A stretch of 64,000 bases of DNA from an uncultured Streptococcus sp. (lineage in GTDB: Bacteria > Bacillota > Bacilli > Lactobacillales > Streptococcaceae), in contig NZ_CAUPII010000003.1 of assembly GCF_963511325.1 (NCBI RefSeq), positions 30,678-94,677 of the forward strand. Reading direction: 5' to 3'. How positions within the stretch are numbered: the stretch's first letter is position 1; every line of letters begins with the position of its first letter. Positions 28,332 through 38,954 of the stretch are shown one piece after another. A program made the position numbers and the translations under genes. Under the pieces are notes generated by a model, which did not search any database, was not told the DNA's origin, and was given only the letters and a program-made list of their open reading frames with translations.

Positions 28332-29689
28332 GGTCTTAGTTCTCCCATTCTAGTCATAGATTTAGCTTTGTTAATGGTTTCTTGGTATTCGTTTTGGGCG
28401 ATAGAATCATAAACAATTCCTGCTCCAGCCTGCACATAGGCTGTTTTATTTTTTAGAATCATGGTTCGAATTGCAATGGCAAAGTCCATATCTCCAGTTG
28501 CTGAAAGGTAGCCGATAGCTCCGGCATAAACGCCTCGCTTCTCTGTTTCCAACTCATAGATGCGTTTCATGGCCCGAATCTTAGGGGCCCCCGATACTGT
28601 TCCTGCCGGAAGAGTCGCCTTCAAGGCATCCATGGCAGTGAGTTCTGGTAACAAACGTCCTTTAACTACGCTGGTCAAATGCATGACATAGCGGAAAAGT
28701 TCCACTTCCATATACTTGGTTACTTGGACACTTGCTGTTTCAGCAATTCTACCGATATCATTGCGTCCTAGGTCCACTAGCATTCGGTGTTCTGCCGTCT
28801 CCTTTTCATCAGAAAGTAGATTACTAGCTAATGCTGCATCTTCCTCGTCATTGGCACCTCTAGGTCGTGTCCCTGCGATTGGATTTGTTGTCACGATGCC
28901 ATTTTTGACGGAAACCAAGCTCTCTGGACTGGCACCGATAATTTGATAATCTCCAAAGTCATAAAAGTAGAGGTAATTTGATGGATTGGTCACTCGGAGA
29001 TTTCTGTAGAAGTCAAAAGGATTTCCAGTTACTTCTGCTGAGAAACGCTGACTGAGCACGCATTGGAACATGTCTCCATTGCGAATCAAGTTGCGAGCTG
29101 TTTCTACCATTTCTTCAAATTTCTGAGGTGCAATATGTGGTCTAAACTGAAGTGGAGAAAGGTCCAAGTCTTCAAATTCATTTGGAGCAGGGATTTTTAA
29201 CTCCTCTAAAACTTGATCCAAAGCCGCTTCTAGTTCTTCATTGCTTCGATCACTGTAAAGAGCATCCTCGATGATATGAATTTTTTCTTTCTTATGGTCA
29301 AATACCATATAACTCTCGTAAACAAAGAAATGCATATCTGGCGTCCCAATCGTATCCTCAGGAAGCTGGCCAATTTCTTCATAGAGAGAAATCATGTCGT
29401 AACCAACAAAGCCAATCGCTCCACCACCAAAAGGTAGGTCTGAATGGTGCTGGCTCTTATGAGTTACCTCATAGAGAAAATCCAAGGGGTCACGATCAAT
29501 CACTTGGCCATTTTGATATAGGACTCCATTCTCAAACTTAATCTCAAAAACTGGATTATAGGCCAAGATAGAAAATCGAGCATTTTCCTTTTCTCTTGGG
29601 ATACTTTCAAGTATAACCTTGTGTTGTCCATTTAAGCGCATATACGCCAAGATTGGTGATAAAACATCTCCATGAATGATTCGTTCCAT
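28328..29689 (-). CDS. trpE: Anthranilate synthase component I
   Basis: NPSNY, GASPE, PIAGTRPRG, EHRMLVDLGRND and PAGTVSGAPK. Confidence 0.95.
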   Translation of the reverse strand: MERIIHGDVLSPILAYMRLNGQHKVILESIPREKENARFSILAYNPVFEIKFENGVLYQNGQVIDRDPLDFLYEVTHKSQHHSDLPFGGGAIGFVGYDMISLYEEIGQLPEDTIGTPDMHFFVYESYMVFDHKKEKIHIIEDALYSDRSNEELEAALDQVLEELKIPAPNEFEDLDLSPLQFRPHIAPQKFEEMVETARNLIRNGDMFQCVLSQRFSAEVTGNPFDFYRNLRVTNPSNYLYFYDFGDYQIIGASPESLVSVKNGIVTTNPIAGTRPRGANDEEDAALASNLLSDEKETAEHRMLVDLGRNDIGRIAETASVQVTKYMEVELFRYVMHLTSVVKGRLLPELTAMDALKATLPAGTVSGAPKIRAMKRIYELETEKRGVYAGAIGYLSATGDMDFAIAIRTMILKNKTAYVQAGAGIVYDSIAQNEYQETINKAKSMTRMGELRP

Positions 29690-29759
29690 TGTAATTTCCC
29701 TTTCGATTCTTCTCTTTATAGACTTTTAGTCTTAATTTATTATCTTTCTTCTATTTTCC

Positions 29760-29935
29760 TTAAATAGTGCGGACGGGAGCAACTTTCTTCGAAATTTCAT
29801 CCCTAATTTTTGAGCCTTAGGTCTCAAAAATTCCGTTCTAGAGAAGCATCTTTGCTTCTCTAGAATACCACTATGGCGGGAAATATCTTTTAAAAGCTCA
29901 CTTCGTTCGCAAATTTTTTGTAGCAGTCTATTTAA
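29760..29935. repeat. MITE-like hairpin element in the trpE leader
   Basis: 8-bp terminal IR (TTAAATAG/CTATTTAA), a perfect 13-bp hairpin at 29836-29865 and another at 29807-29830. Confidence 0.45.
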
Positions 29936-29984
29936 TGATGAAAAATAATTTAAAACTGAATAGCTAGACCCATAATAAATATAT

Positions 29985-30230
29985 AAAAATCCCCACGCAA
30001 AATAACTTGCGTGAGGACGAAATTCGCGGTGCCACCTCAATTATAGGATTTCTCCTATCTCTCATTCCTGTCTCAGATAGCTCCTGTAACAGGTTGTGCG
30101 ATAAAGGGCACTCCCTTGAGAATCATGTTTTCTTCTCTCAATTCAGATGGACCCAACCTTACAGCTTTCTCTGCTTGTTTTCAGCAACCACAAGCTCTCT
30201 GTGAGAGAAATCTCTGTATCTTTTCCATCT
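29985..30230 (-). promoter_or_regulatory. Trp T-box riboswitch upstream of trpE
   Basis: AATTGAGGTGGCACCGCG T-box, terminator CCTCACGCAA..TTGCGTGGGG, and a stem I with AG/GNTG boxes and a UGG just before the closing helix. Confidence 0.88.
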
Positions 30231-30231
30231 T

Positions 30232-31410
30232 TTATTTTTTAGCTTCAAGGTAGTCTGCAATAGCAGCTACGTCCTTGTCTCCACGACCAGAGACATTAAT
30301 GATGATAATCTCATCTCTACTTAGTTTTGGTGCTCGTTTGACTGCTTCTGCGATAGCATGGGAGCTTTCAATAGCTGGGATAATTCCTTCAGTCTTGCTA
30401 AGTAGAAGCAAGGCTTGAACAGCCTCTTCATCAGTCGCTGCAACATACTCTACACGACCAGAGTCTTTAAAGAAGGCGTGTTCTGGTCCAACCCCTGGAT
30501 AGTCTAAACCAGCAGAGATAGAGTAAACAGGTGCAACATTTCCATCTTCACCAAAGACTGCATAGGTTTTCATTCCATCGACAATTCCTACACTACCCTT
30601 GGTCATTGTTGCCGCGTGTTTATCGGTATCTAAACCGTGACCAGCAGCTTCTACCCCAACCAATTTAACTTCTTCATCAGCTACATACTGCGAGAAGGCA
30701 CCGATGGCATTAGAACCACCACCCACACAGGCAATGACGTAGTCTGGCAAACGTCCTTCTTTTTCCAAGATTTGACGACGTGATTCTTCACTAATAACCT
30801 TTTGGAACTCATGAACAATCGTTGGATAAGGGTGAGGTCCCACAGCTGAACCTAGAACATAGAAAGCCTCAAGGTCATTCATCCATGCTCCAAAAGCTGC
30901 ATCAACCGCATCCTTCAGAGTACGTGTTCCTGTTTCAACTGCGTGAACGGTTGCTCCCATCATCTCCATACGGAAGACATTGAGACGTTGACGTTCCACA
31001 TCTTCTGCCCCCATGTAGACATCACATGCCATACCAAATTTAGCTGCAGCTGCAGCTGTCGCAACACCGTGCTGACCAGCTCCTGTCTCTGCAATCACAC
31101 GTTTTTTACCCATGCGTTTAGCAAGAAGGATTTGTCCAAGGACATTGTTAAGTTTGTGTGACCCAAGGTGATTAAGATCTTCACGTTTGAGATAAATCTT
31201 AGCCCCACCTAGATAATCCGTCAAACTTTCTGCAAAATAGAGCGGAGTCTCACGACCTGAATAATCTTTCAAGTAATGACGATATTCTGCCAAAAATTCT
31301 GGATCGTCCTTGTATTTATCAAAAGTCACTTCCAACTCATCTAATAAAGCCTGAATTGGTTCTGGTACAAATCTACCACCAAATTGTCCAAAATATCCTT
31401 TAGTTGTCAT
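30232..31410 (-). CDS. trpB: Second tryptophan synthase beta chain paralog
   Basis: [34 protein letters not shown] and SGRGDKD. Confidence 0.93.
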   Translation of the reverse strand: MTTKGYFGQFGGRFVPEPIQALLDELEVTFDKYKDDPEFLAEYRHYLKDYSGRETPLYFAESLTDYLGGAKIYLKREDLNHLGSHKLNNVLGQILLAKRMGKKRVIAETGAGQHGVATAAAAAKFGMACDVYMGAEDVERQRLNVFRMEMMGATVHAVETGTRTLKDAVDAAFGAWMNDLEAFYVLGSAVGPHPYPTIVHEFQKVISEESRRQILEKEGRLPDYVIACVGGGSNAIGAFSQYVADEEVKLVGVEAAGHGLDTDKHAATMTKGSVGIVDGMKTYAVFGEDGNVAPVYSISAGLDYPGVGPEHAFFKDSGRVEYVAATDEEAVQALLLLSKTEGIIPAIESSHAIAEAVKRAPKLSRDEIIIINVSGRGDKDVAAIADYLEAKK

Positions 31411-31539
31411 AAATTTTTCCTCCTTCTATATGAATCCGGCTTTTTATTTGCTTTTAGTAGTAGGCAAGGTGCTGTAGATAGAACTCAAGTTCATCAAAGC
31501 GACTTAACGCCCTAATAAAAGATAAATAAAATGACGGAT

Positions 31540-31792
31540 AGAAAAAGCCCACACACGGAATTTACTTCCATGTGAGGGCGTTTGTAACGCGGTACCACCT
31601 CAATTGTAAAGAGAATATCCCCTTTACATCTCTGCCTTGTCTAACAACAAGTTGCACTGTAAGGTGTGCCTACCGAATTTTCATTGTTTCAAATTCACTT
31701 TTTCAAATCAGCCCAATTTCACTACTTCCAACCACCTGTTCACAGTAACCACAGGCTTCCTGAAGATTAAAAATAATTACTTTTCTGATTTG
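31540..31792 (-). promoter_or_regulatory. Trp T-box riboswitch upstream of the second trpB
   Basis: AATTGAGGTGGTACCGCG, terminator GCCCTCACATGGAA..TTCCGTGTGTGGGC-T5, and stem I CAAATCAG..UGG-GCTGATTTG. Confidence 0.88.
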
Positions 31793-31862
31793 TTGAGATA
31801 ATTATATGTTATTGTTTTTTCTTTGTCAACCGTTTTCACTAATTTTTTACTAATTTTTTTAA

Positions 31863-33089
31863 TTATTTTTGTGAAGCGCCTAGAACTTCTTCAGAAACTC
31901 GGATAAAAGTCTCAATGATATAATCTACTTCTTCATCCGTTAATTTGGTGTGAAGCGGTAGTGTAATCTCATTTACAAAGTAGGCATAAGCCTTAGGATA
32001 GTTTGCCATATCAAAGCCAAGATTTTTATAGGCTGTCAAAAGAGGAAGCGGTTTGTAGTGAACGTTACTTGCGATTCCAGCTTTGGCCAATTCTTGGATA
32101 ATTTGATTGCGTTGCTCGAGACTAGCACCTTCTACATGGGTAACGTAAAGGTGACGACAAGATTCAACAGTATCTGTCTCATGCGCCAATGGGTGAATAC
32201 GAGTTCCTGCAAATCCACGGTCATAGCGAGTCACAATTTCTTTACGACGTTGAAGCAAGCTAGGATAACGGTCCAACTGAACCAGACCAAGTGAAGCCAT
32301 GATATCTGTCATGTTGCACTTGTAAGCAGGTGTTACGATATCGTATTCCCATGAACCCAGTTGCATCTTGGCAAGAGCATCTTTTGTTTGACCATGAAGG
32401 GAAAGAATTTGGAATTCCTTGTACATTTCTTCATCATCAATAGCTGGATTAGCTTTCCAAGTAGCACTTCCTCCTTCAGCAGTTGTAAAGTTCTTGACAG
32501 CGTGGAAAGAGAATGACGTAAAGTCTGCAATGGAACCAGCTGGTTGCCCTTTATAGGTTGAACCCAAAGCATGGGCGCTATCTGAGACAACAACGATACG
32601 GTTAAAGACCTTTTGCCACTTGCTAGTAGCTGTAAAGAGGTCACGTTTCTTCTCAACAACTTGGAACAAACGGTCATAGTCACAGACAATCCCTGCAAGT
32701 TCTACTGGGATGATAACCTTAGTCTTCTCAGTAATCGCTTGTTCAAGCTTGTCATAGTCCATTTCAAAGGTATCACCTTGGATATCAACCATTACTGGTG
32801 TAGCACCTACGTGAGTGATAACGCTACATGATGCTGTATAAGTCATAGCTGGAACGATAACTTCATCGCCAGGGCCCACTTCAAGCACGCGCAAGATCAA
32901 TTCAAGAGCTGCTGTTGCAGAGTTGAGGCAGACTGTCTTAGGTGTCTGAGTATAGACAGATAGACGACGCTCCAATTCTTTTGTCTTTGGACCTGTTGTG
33001 ATCCAACCAGAACGAAGGGTATCTGCTACCTCAGCAATTTCAGCTTCGGTAATATCGGGTGGTGAAAATGGAATATTGTAATTTGGCAT
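31863..33089 (-). CDS. DegT/DnrJ sugar aminotransferase (pneumococcal AatB-like, AATGal for teichoic acid)
   Basis: SGWITTGP, NSATAAL, DSAHALG and FSFHAVKNFTTAEGG. Confidence 0.88.
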   Translation of the reverse strand: MPNYNIPFSPPDITEAEIAEVADTLRSGWITTGPKTKELERRLSVYTQTPKTVCLNSATAALELILRVLEVGPGDEVIVPAMTYTASCSVITHVGATPVMVDIQGDTFEMDYDKLEQAITEKTKVIIPVELAGIVCDYDRLFQVVEKKRDLFTATSKWQKVFNRIVVVSDSAHALGSTYKGQPAGSIADFTSFSFHAVKNFTTAEGGSATWKANPAIDDEEMYKEFQILSLHGQTKDALAKMQLGSWEYDIVTPAYKCNMTDIMASLGLVQLDRYPSLLQRRKEIVTRYDRGFAGTRIHPLAHETDTVESCRHLYVTHVEGASLEQRNQIIQELAKAGIASNVHYKPLPLLTAYKNLGFDMANYPKAYAYFVNEITLPLHTKLTDEEVDYIIETFIRVSEEVLGASQK

Positions 33090-33127
33090 TGATTTACTCC
33101 TTTTACTGTATTCACTCTTGTGATTAC

Positions 33128-33826
33128 TTATTTTAAAACTTCAAATACAGTCTGGAACATGATTTTGATATCCCCGAAGAAATTAAAATCACGTAGATAG
33201 GCTAGATTATAGTGCATCTTTTCTGGAAGGACTCTTTCCACATAAGCCTGGTCAACAGTCATACCCTTTGCAGTCATTTGACTGATGATGGCATCCTCAT
33301 CCTTATAGTTAATGCTGGCAAGCGATGTAATCCCCGCAGGTAAGAGCAAGGTAGCCATCATTTCAGGGCTATACTGCTCTGTGTAGCGTGGTACTTCTGG
33401 GCGTGTTCCTACAAAGGACATCTCCCCTTTGAGGACATTGACCAATTGCGGCAATTCATCCAAACGAACACGTCGAATGAAATTTCCAACTTTAGTGATA
33501 CGACTGTCATTTGCAGAAGTTACTAGACTTCCTTTTTTATCAGCATCCGTCACCATGGTCCGGAATTTCCAAATCTTGAAATGACGGTTGTACTGGGTTA
33601 CCCGCACTTGCTTGTAAATAACTGGACCCTTGCTATCTAGCTTGATCCAGATGCTTAGAATCAGAAATAAGGGGGAGGTCAAGATTAACAAGACTACGGC
33701 TAGAAACAAATCTAGACAACGCTTGAAAATCAGTGAGCCTTTTCTTCTAGACACAAGCTGGTAGTATGGTTTTACCTCGCTCAATTGCATTTCTTGAGGT
33801 AGATCATCCCATTTCAGCATGCACAT
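33128..33826 (-). CDS. Undecaprenyl-phosphate phosphoglycosyl transferase (TacA-like)
   Basis: KRCLD, KFRTM, RLDELPQLVNVLKGEMSFVGTRPE. Confidence 0.88.
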   Translation of the reverse strand: MCMLKWDDLPQEMQLSEVKPYYQLVSRRKGSLIFKRCLDLFLAVVLLILTSPLFLILSIWIKLDSKGPVIYKQVRVTQYNRHFKIWKFRTMVTDADKKGSLVTSANDSRITKVGNFIRRVRLDELPQLVNVLKGEMSFVGTRPEVPRYTEQYSPEMMATLLLPAGITSLASINYKDEDAIISQMTAKGMTVDQAYVERVLPEKMHYNLAYLRDFNFFGDIKIMFQTVFEVLK

Positions 33827-33926
33827 TCTCCTCTGTTTTTATTATGTAATCTTTATTAACATTCTACATTATACCACAAAATGAAAGAGGCAGTGCAAGA
33901 AATCTGTGTTTTAAAGGAATTCTTCT

Positions 33927-35669
33927 CTAAGAAAGAGCCCCTGCCTGTAAACTATACATCTTGTGATAGGTTCCACCCAATGCTAGGAGTTCCTCGTGGG
34001 TTCCACTTTCGATGATACGTCCCTTATCAAGAACATAGATACAGTTAGCGTCTTGAATGGTAGAAAGGCGATGGGCGATAGCGATGGTTGTCCGACCTTG
34101 TCTCATCTTAGCTAGGGAATTTTGGACCAGAGCTTCTGTTTCAGAGTCGATATTGGCTGTCGCTTCATCCAAAATCAGGATTTTAGGTTGACTGGCAACA
34201 GTTCTAGCAAAGGCAAGAAGTTGACGTTGACCGGTTGAGAAACTTGAACCACGCTCAGACACAGGAGCATCATAACCTAAAGGAAGATCCTGAATGAAGG
34301 AATCTGCATCGACAAATTCTGCTGCAGCCTTGACTTGGTCATCGCTGATATCTTGGTACATGGCGATATTGGACTTGATGGTTCCATGATAGAGGAAGGG
34401 GTCCTGTAGAACCAAACCGATGTTTTTTCTCAGCTCATCCTGACTATACTTACGAATATCCACACCATCTAGGAGAACCCGACCTGACTGGAATTCATAA
34501 AAGCGCATGAGAACATTGATGATAGAAGATTTTCCCGATCCTGTATGACCGACAAAGGCAATGGTTTCACCTTTATTGACGGTAAAGGAAATATCATCTA
34601 GAATTTGGTGTTTCCCATCATAAGAGAAGGACACATGCTCGAATCGGATATTTCCTTCTTGAATCTTGGATTGGCCATTTTCTTGGAACGGTTCATAGTT
34701 GGACTCATCGATGAGTGCAAAGACACGACCTGCTGACACCATGGATGTCTGAAGAGTAGAAAAGTTTTGCGTTACCTCGATGAGCGGATCAAAGAGACGG
34801 TTGATGTACTGGATAAAGGCATACATAGTTCCTGCCGTTATTCCTAGATAAAGTCCGCGATAGCCAAAGTAAGCCATCAAAACCGCATATCCCAACAGCT
34901 TCAACAAACTCATAGCTGGACGTAAAAAGAGAGAATCCAAGGCTACTGAACGGTTAGCGTAGACTAGGTGTTCCTGATTTATCTCATCAAACTCTTCTTG
35001 CAGGCGTTTTTCTTGGTTAAAGGCTTGAATAATACGAATTCCTTCGATATTTTCTGCCAGTTTACTGTTAATATCTGACAATAGACTTCTGGTTTTTTCG
35101 ATGACCTTGACAGATTTTTTACGGTAGAGATTGACCAAAAGGAAAATCAAAGGTAGAAAGAGCAAGACTAAAGCAGTCAGACGATAGTCCAGAACTAACA
35201 TGGTATAAAGGGTCGTCACGAATATAAAGACTGCCGAGATAAAGCTAGATAAGATTCCCGAAAACATATCACTGATAGTCTCGGTGTCATTTGTCAAACG
35301 AGAGACAATAGAGCCTGCAGGCGTTTTATCAAAGTAAGACATGCCTAGCTTCTCCATATTGGCAAAGGCATCACGTCGGATATCTCTAACGATGCTGTAG
35401 GACACGCGCGCAAATAGGATGTTCCCCACATATTGGACAATAGTTTGAAGAATGTAGAGACCATAGTAAACCAACAAAACTGTAACAGCAAGCTGATTGA
35501 GATTGTTTAGATACTGGTCGATAAAGTGCGAAGCTACTAGGGGGATAATACTCTTAACAACAGTCGTCGCAAGGAGAAAAGCAAGGGCTAAAAAGGTGAG
35601 GAGACTATAGGGCTTAAGATAAGACAACAAACGCTTCAATACAGACCATTGTTCTTGTTTATTCCGCAT
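33927..35669 (-). CDS. Heterodimeric ABC exporter subunit (TMD+NBD)
   Basis: GHTGSGKS, FSTGQRQ and DEAT. Confidence 0.92.
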   Translation of the reverse strand: MRNKQEQWSVLKRLLSYLKPYSLLTFLALAFLLATTVVKSIIPLVASHFIDQYLNNLNQLAVTVLLVYYGLYILQTIVQYVGNILFARVSYSIVRDIRRDAFANMEKLGMSYFDKTPAGSIVSRLTNDTETISDMFSGILSSFISAVFIFVTTLYTMLVLDYRLTALVLLFLPLIFLLVNLYRKKSVKVIEKTRSLLSDINSKLAENIEGIRIIQAFNQEKRLQEEFDEINQEHLVYANRSVALDSLFLRPAMSLLKLLGYAVLMAYFGYRGLYLGITAGTMYAFIQYINRLFDPLIEVTQNFSTLQTSMVSAGRVFALIDESNYEPFQENGQSKIQEGNIRFEHVSFSYDGKHQILDDISFTVNKGETIAFVGHTGSGKSSIINVLMRFYEFQSGRVLLDGVDIRKYSQDELRKNIGLVLQDPFLYHGTIKSNIAMYQDISDDQVKAAAEFVDADSFIQDLPLGYDAPVSERGSSFSTGQRQLLAFARTVASQPKILILDEATANIDSETEALVQNSLAKMRQGRTTIAIAHRLSTIQDANCIYVLDKGRIIESGTHEELLALGGTYHKMYSLQAGALS

Positions 35670-37404
35670 CTTCTTCTCCTTTCATTTCTAACTGTTGAGA
35701 CTGGTAGGTTTGGGCATACCAACCATCCAAGACTAGTAAGTCTTCATGCCTACCTCGTTCAATGATTCGACCATTTTGCATAACCAAGATCAAATCTGCA
35801 TGAACAACTGCACTGAGACGATGAGCAGTGATGATGGTCGTTTTATCTTTGCGAGTTTCCTTGAGATTATCGATGATCGCGAACTCTGTCTTAGCATCCA
35901 CAGCTGACAAGGAATCATCTAAAATCAAGATATCAGGATTTAAAATCATAGCCCGACTCATAGCCAGACGTTGCTTTTGCCCACCAGATAGACTAACACC
36001 TTTTTCCCCGATAACTGTATCAAATCCCTCAGGCATGGCTTGAATGTCTTGATAGACTTGAGCCAACTGAGTCGCTTCTTCTACTGCTGAGAATGGTAGG
36101 TCGGGATTTCCAAAACAAATATTCTCTATGATAGAACTAGCAAAGAGAAATTGGTCCTGTGGGACGTATCCCATCAAACTTCGTAAGTCAGCTAGTCGAT
36201 AGTCACGAATGTCATGACCATTCAGATAAATAGCTCCTTGGTCAACGTCATACTCACGTAAGAGCAACTTAATCAAAGCTGTTTTCCCTGAACCAGTCTG
36301 TCCAACCAAGCCTAAGGTTTGCCCTTTTTCGAGACTAAAGTGGATATCTCTCAGCGTCTCCTCGTCTTCAAAGGCAAAACGATCAATGGCATAGTCTAAG
36401 CGCCCATTTTCAATCCCGTTAAGTGGAGATGCTGGATCTTTGACAGGTGACTCTTGGGACAAAAGACTCTCAATTCGTTGATAAGAAACCTTCCCTCTTT
36501 GAGTAATATTAAAGAGGAAACCAATCGCCATCAAAGGCCAGACCAACATATCCAAGTAAGAGATAAAGGTAACCAGATTACCAATGGTTACTTGCCCTGC
36601 TTGCACCATAAAGGCACCGACTAAGAGAGTTAAGGCATAGGAAGAACCAACAAAGAGCAGAACCATAGGGTCAAAGAGGCTATCGTATTTCATGGTTTGC
36701 AGATTCTTTTGGAAGGTCAAATCATTGACTTCCTGGAAAGAGGCTAATTCATCAGACTGATAACCGAAGGACTTGGTTACCTTGATCCCAGCTACAGATT
36801 CTTGAACCTTATTGTTGAGTTCAGAAAAGGCTGCTTGGGATTCTCCGAAAGCCTTATGGGTCTTTCTCCCCAGACGACTAGTCGCATAGGCCATAAATGG
36901 CAAGGGCAGAATGGCAACCAAGGTCATCTGCCAAGAAATGCTAAAGAGCATAGTCAAGAGAGTCACCAAGGCTGTGATAGAGGCATCCACTGCCATCATG
37001 ACACCACCACCTGCTAAACGAGTCAGAGCATTGATATCATTGGTTGCGTGAGCCATCAAATCCCCAGTCCGATAACTCTGATAAAAAGCGGGAGACATCC
37101 TTGTAAAATGTTCAAATAGTCTTGAACGCATGATTTGTCCAAGTCGGTAGGAAGTCCCTAGGATATACATACGCCAAACGTAACGCAGATAATACATCCC
37201 GAAAGCTGCCAGCAAGAGATAAAAGAGATGAAGCAAGAGCTCATCTTGTGTTAATCGTCCCGAAGTGATGGCATCAATCACGCGCCCCATGACCATAGGT
37301 GGGATGAGGTTTAGTACAGAAACCAAAACCAAAGCTACGATTCCAACTAGGTAACGGCGTTTTTCTAATTTAAAAAACCACCAGAGTTTTTGGATGATGG
37401 ACAT
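35659..37404 (-). CDS. Heterodimeric ABC exporter subunit (TMD+NBD, degenerate Walker B)
   Basis: GQTGSGKT, LSGGQKQR and LDDS. Start MSIIQK follows an AAAGGA RBS. Confidence 0.92.
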   Translation of the reverse strand: MSIIQKLWWFFKLEKRRYLVGIVALVLVSVLNLIPPMVMGRVIDAITSGRLTQDELLLHLFYLLLAAFGMYYLRYVWRMYILGTSYRLGQIMRSRLFEHFTRMSPAFYQSYRTGDLMAHATNDINALTRLAGGGVMMAVDASITALVTLLTMLFSISWQMTLVAILPLPFMAYATSRLGRKTHKAFGESQAAFSELNNKVQESVAGIKVTKSFGYQSDELASFQEVNDLTFQKNLQTMKYDSLFDPMVLLFVGSSYALTLLVGAFMVQAGQVTIGNLVTFISYLDMLVWPLMAIGFLFNITQRGKVSYQRIESLLSQESPVKDPASPLNGIENGRLDYAIDRFAFEDEETLRDIHFSLEKGQTLGLVGQTGSGKTALIKLLLREYDVDQGAIYLNGHDIRDYRLADLRSLMGYVPQDQFLFASSIIENICFGNPDLPFSAVEEATQLAQVYQDIQAMPEGFDTVIGEKGVSLSGGQKQRLAMSRAMILNPDILILDDSLSAVDAKTEFAIIDNLKETRKDKTTIITAHRLSAVVHADLILVMQNGRIIERGRHEDLLVLDGWYAQTYQSQQLEMKGEEDAE

Positions 37405-37666
37405 AAAATTCCTTTCTAATGACAAATGGAAACCTGAGGCGACTGCCTCAGGTTTTTCCTATTCTTAGGTGATGACACTAACTTAAACTTTGTCATATTC
37501 AGCGATAAAGATACTCAAAGGAGTAACATTTCATTTATTTTCAATCCTTTACATAAATCATTCTTTATTATATAGGAATGACCTGGATTTTTCAAACCAT
37601 ACGCTGGGGAATTCCTTCTTTTTCTGGTATAATATTGTCTATAATCTGAATGAAAAGGTAAACATT

Positions 37667-38494
37667 ATGAAATTGATCTCATGGAATATTGATTCCCTCA
37701 ATGCAGCATTGACAAGTGATTCTGCGCGTGCGAAATTATCACAAGATGTCCTCCAAACCTTGGTAGCCGAAGACGCTGATATTATCGCCATCCAAGAAAC
37801 CAAGATTTCAGCTAAAGGTCCTACTAAAAAACACCTCGAGGTGTTGGAAGAACTCTTCCCTGGATATGAAAATACTTGGCGTTCCTCTCAAGAACCTGCT
37901 CGTAAAGGTTATGCTGGAACTATGTTCCTCTATAAGAAAGAACTGACTCCAACTATCAGCTTTCCGGAAATCGGTGCCCCTTCTACCATGGACTCTGAAG
38001 GCCGTATCATCACTTTAGAATTTGATACATTTTTCGTGACTCAAGTTTACACACCAAACGCTGGTGATGGCCTCAAACGCTTGGAAGAACGTCAAGTCTG
38101 GGATGTCAAATATGCAGAGTACTTGGCTCAACTAGACAAGCAAAAACCTGTTCTAGCAACCGGAGACTACAACGTTGCCCACAAGGAAATTGACCTTGCC
38201 AACCCAGCCAGCAACCGTCGTTCACCAGGTTTCACGGACGAAGAACGTGAAGGATTTACAAACCTTTTAGCCAAAGGATTTACAGATACCTTCCGCCATA
38301 TCCATGGCGATGTGCCAGAACGCTATACTTGGTGGGCACAACGTAGCAAGACTTCAAAAATCAACAACACAGGCTGGAGAATCGACTACTGGCTCACAAG
38401 TAACCGTGTAGCAGACAAGGTTACCAAGTCAGACATGATTGACTCAGGCCCACGCCAAGACCACACACCGATTGTCTTGGAGATTGATTTCTAA
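37667..38494 (+). CDS. exoA: Exodeoxyribonuclease III / AP endonuclease
   Basis: MKLISWNID, QETK, GDYNVAH, GWRIDY and DHTP. The real start is ATG 37667. Confidence 0.93.
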   Translation: MKLISWNIDSLNAALTSDSARAKLSQDVLQTLVAEDADIIAIQETKISAKGPTKKHLEVLEELFPGYENTWRSSQEPARKGYAGTMFLYKKELTPTISFPEIGAPSTMDSEGRIITLEFDTFFVTQVYTPNAGDGLKRLEERQVWDVKYAEYLAQLDKQKPVLATGDYNVAHKEIDLANPASNRRSPGFTDEEREGFTNLLAKGFTDTFRHIHGDVPERYTWWAQRSKTSKINNTGWRIDYWLTSNRVADKVTKSDMIDSGPRQDHTPIVLEIDF

Positions 38495-38505
38495 GGAGAA
38501 AACGA

Positions 38506-38892
38506 ATGGACTATCAAGCTGTCATCCCTGAATTTGTCGTATCGGATATCGAGAAATCGCGTCACTTCTACTGCGACTTATTGGGATTCTCTGTCGAATA
38601 CGAGCGTCCAGAGGAAAAATTTCTCTTCCTTTCGCTTGAAGACTGCCAACTTATGCTAGAGGAGGGGAGTAAGGAGGAACTAGCTGAACTAACCTACCCA
38701 TTTGGTCGTGGTGTCAATATCTCCTTTGGCATAAAGGATGTCCCTAGACTCCATCAGAAAGTAATCGAGTCTAACTATCCTATTCATCGTCCTTTAACCA
38801 AAAGAGAATTTCGTGTTGGCGACCATTATATCTTTCCTCATGAATTTGCAGTTCTAGACCCAGATGGCTATTTTTTAAGATTTAGCGAGTAG
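38506..38892 (+). CDS. VOC/glyoxalase-bleomycin resistance family protein
   Basis: VSDIEKSRHFYCDLLGF...DPDGYFLRF. Confidence 0.85.
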   Translation: MDYQAVIPEFVVSDIEKSRHFYCDLLGFSVEYERPEEKFLFLSLEDCQLMLEEGSKEELAELTYPFGRGVNISFGIKDVPRLHQKVIESNYPIHRPLTKREFRVGDHYIFPHEFAVLDPDGYFLRFSE

Positions 38893-38920
38893 AATAACAC
38901 TACAGTGGAAAAAGAAATAT

Positions 38921-38948
38921 AAAAAAGAGGCTTGAACCTCTTTTTTTA
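38921..38948. terminator. Bidirectional terminator
   Basis: A6-GAGG-loop-CCTC-T7 between convergent genes. Confidence 0.65.
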
Positions 38949-38954
38949 TGTTTC

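Noticed and set aside
29732..30204. 102-aa and 65-aa ORFs upstream of trpE as leader peptides
   Set aside because: They overlap the T-box RNA and the hairpin element, which already explain the sequence.
31435..31535. Possible BOX-like repeat between the first T-box and trpB'
   Set aside because: Resemblance is only partial and I could not confirm the family by eye.
37459..37535. Short minus-strand frame MKCYSFEYLIAEYDKV* with an RBS
   Set aside because: Too short and interrupted by stops; cannot be assigned a function.
37490..37666. N-terminal extension of ExoA
   Set aside because: This region contains the promoter (TGGTATAAT) and RBS; the conserved protein begins at 37667.
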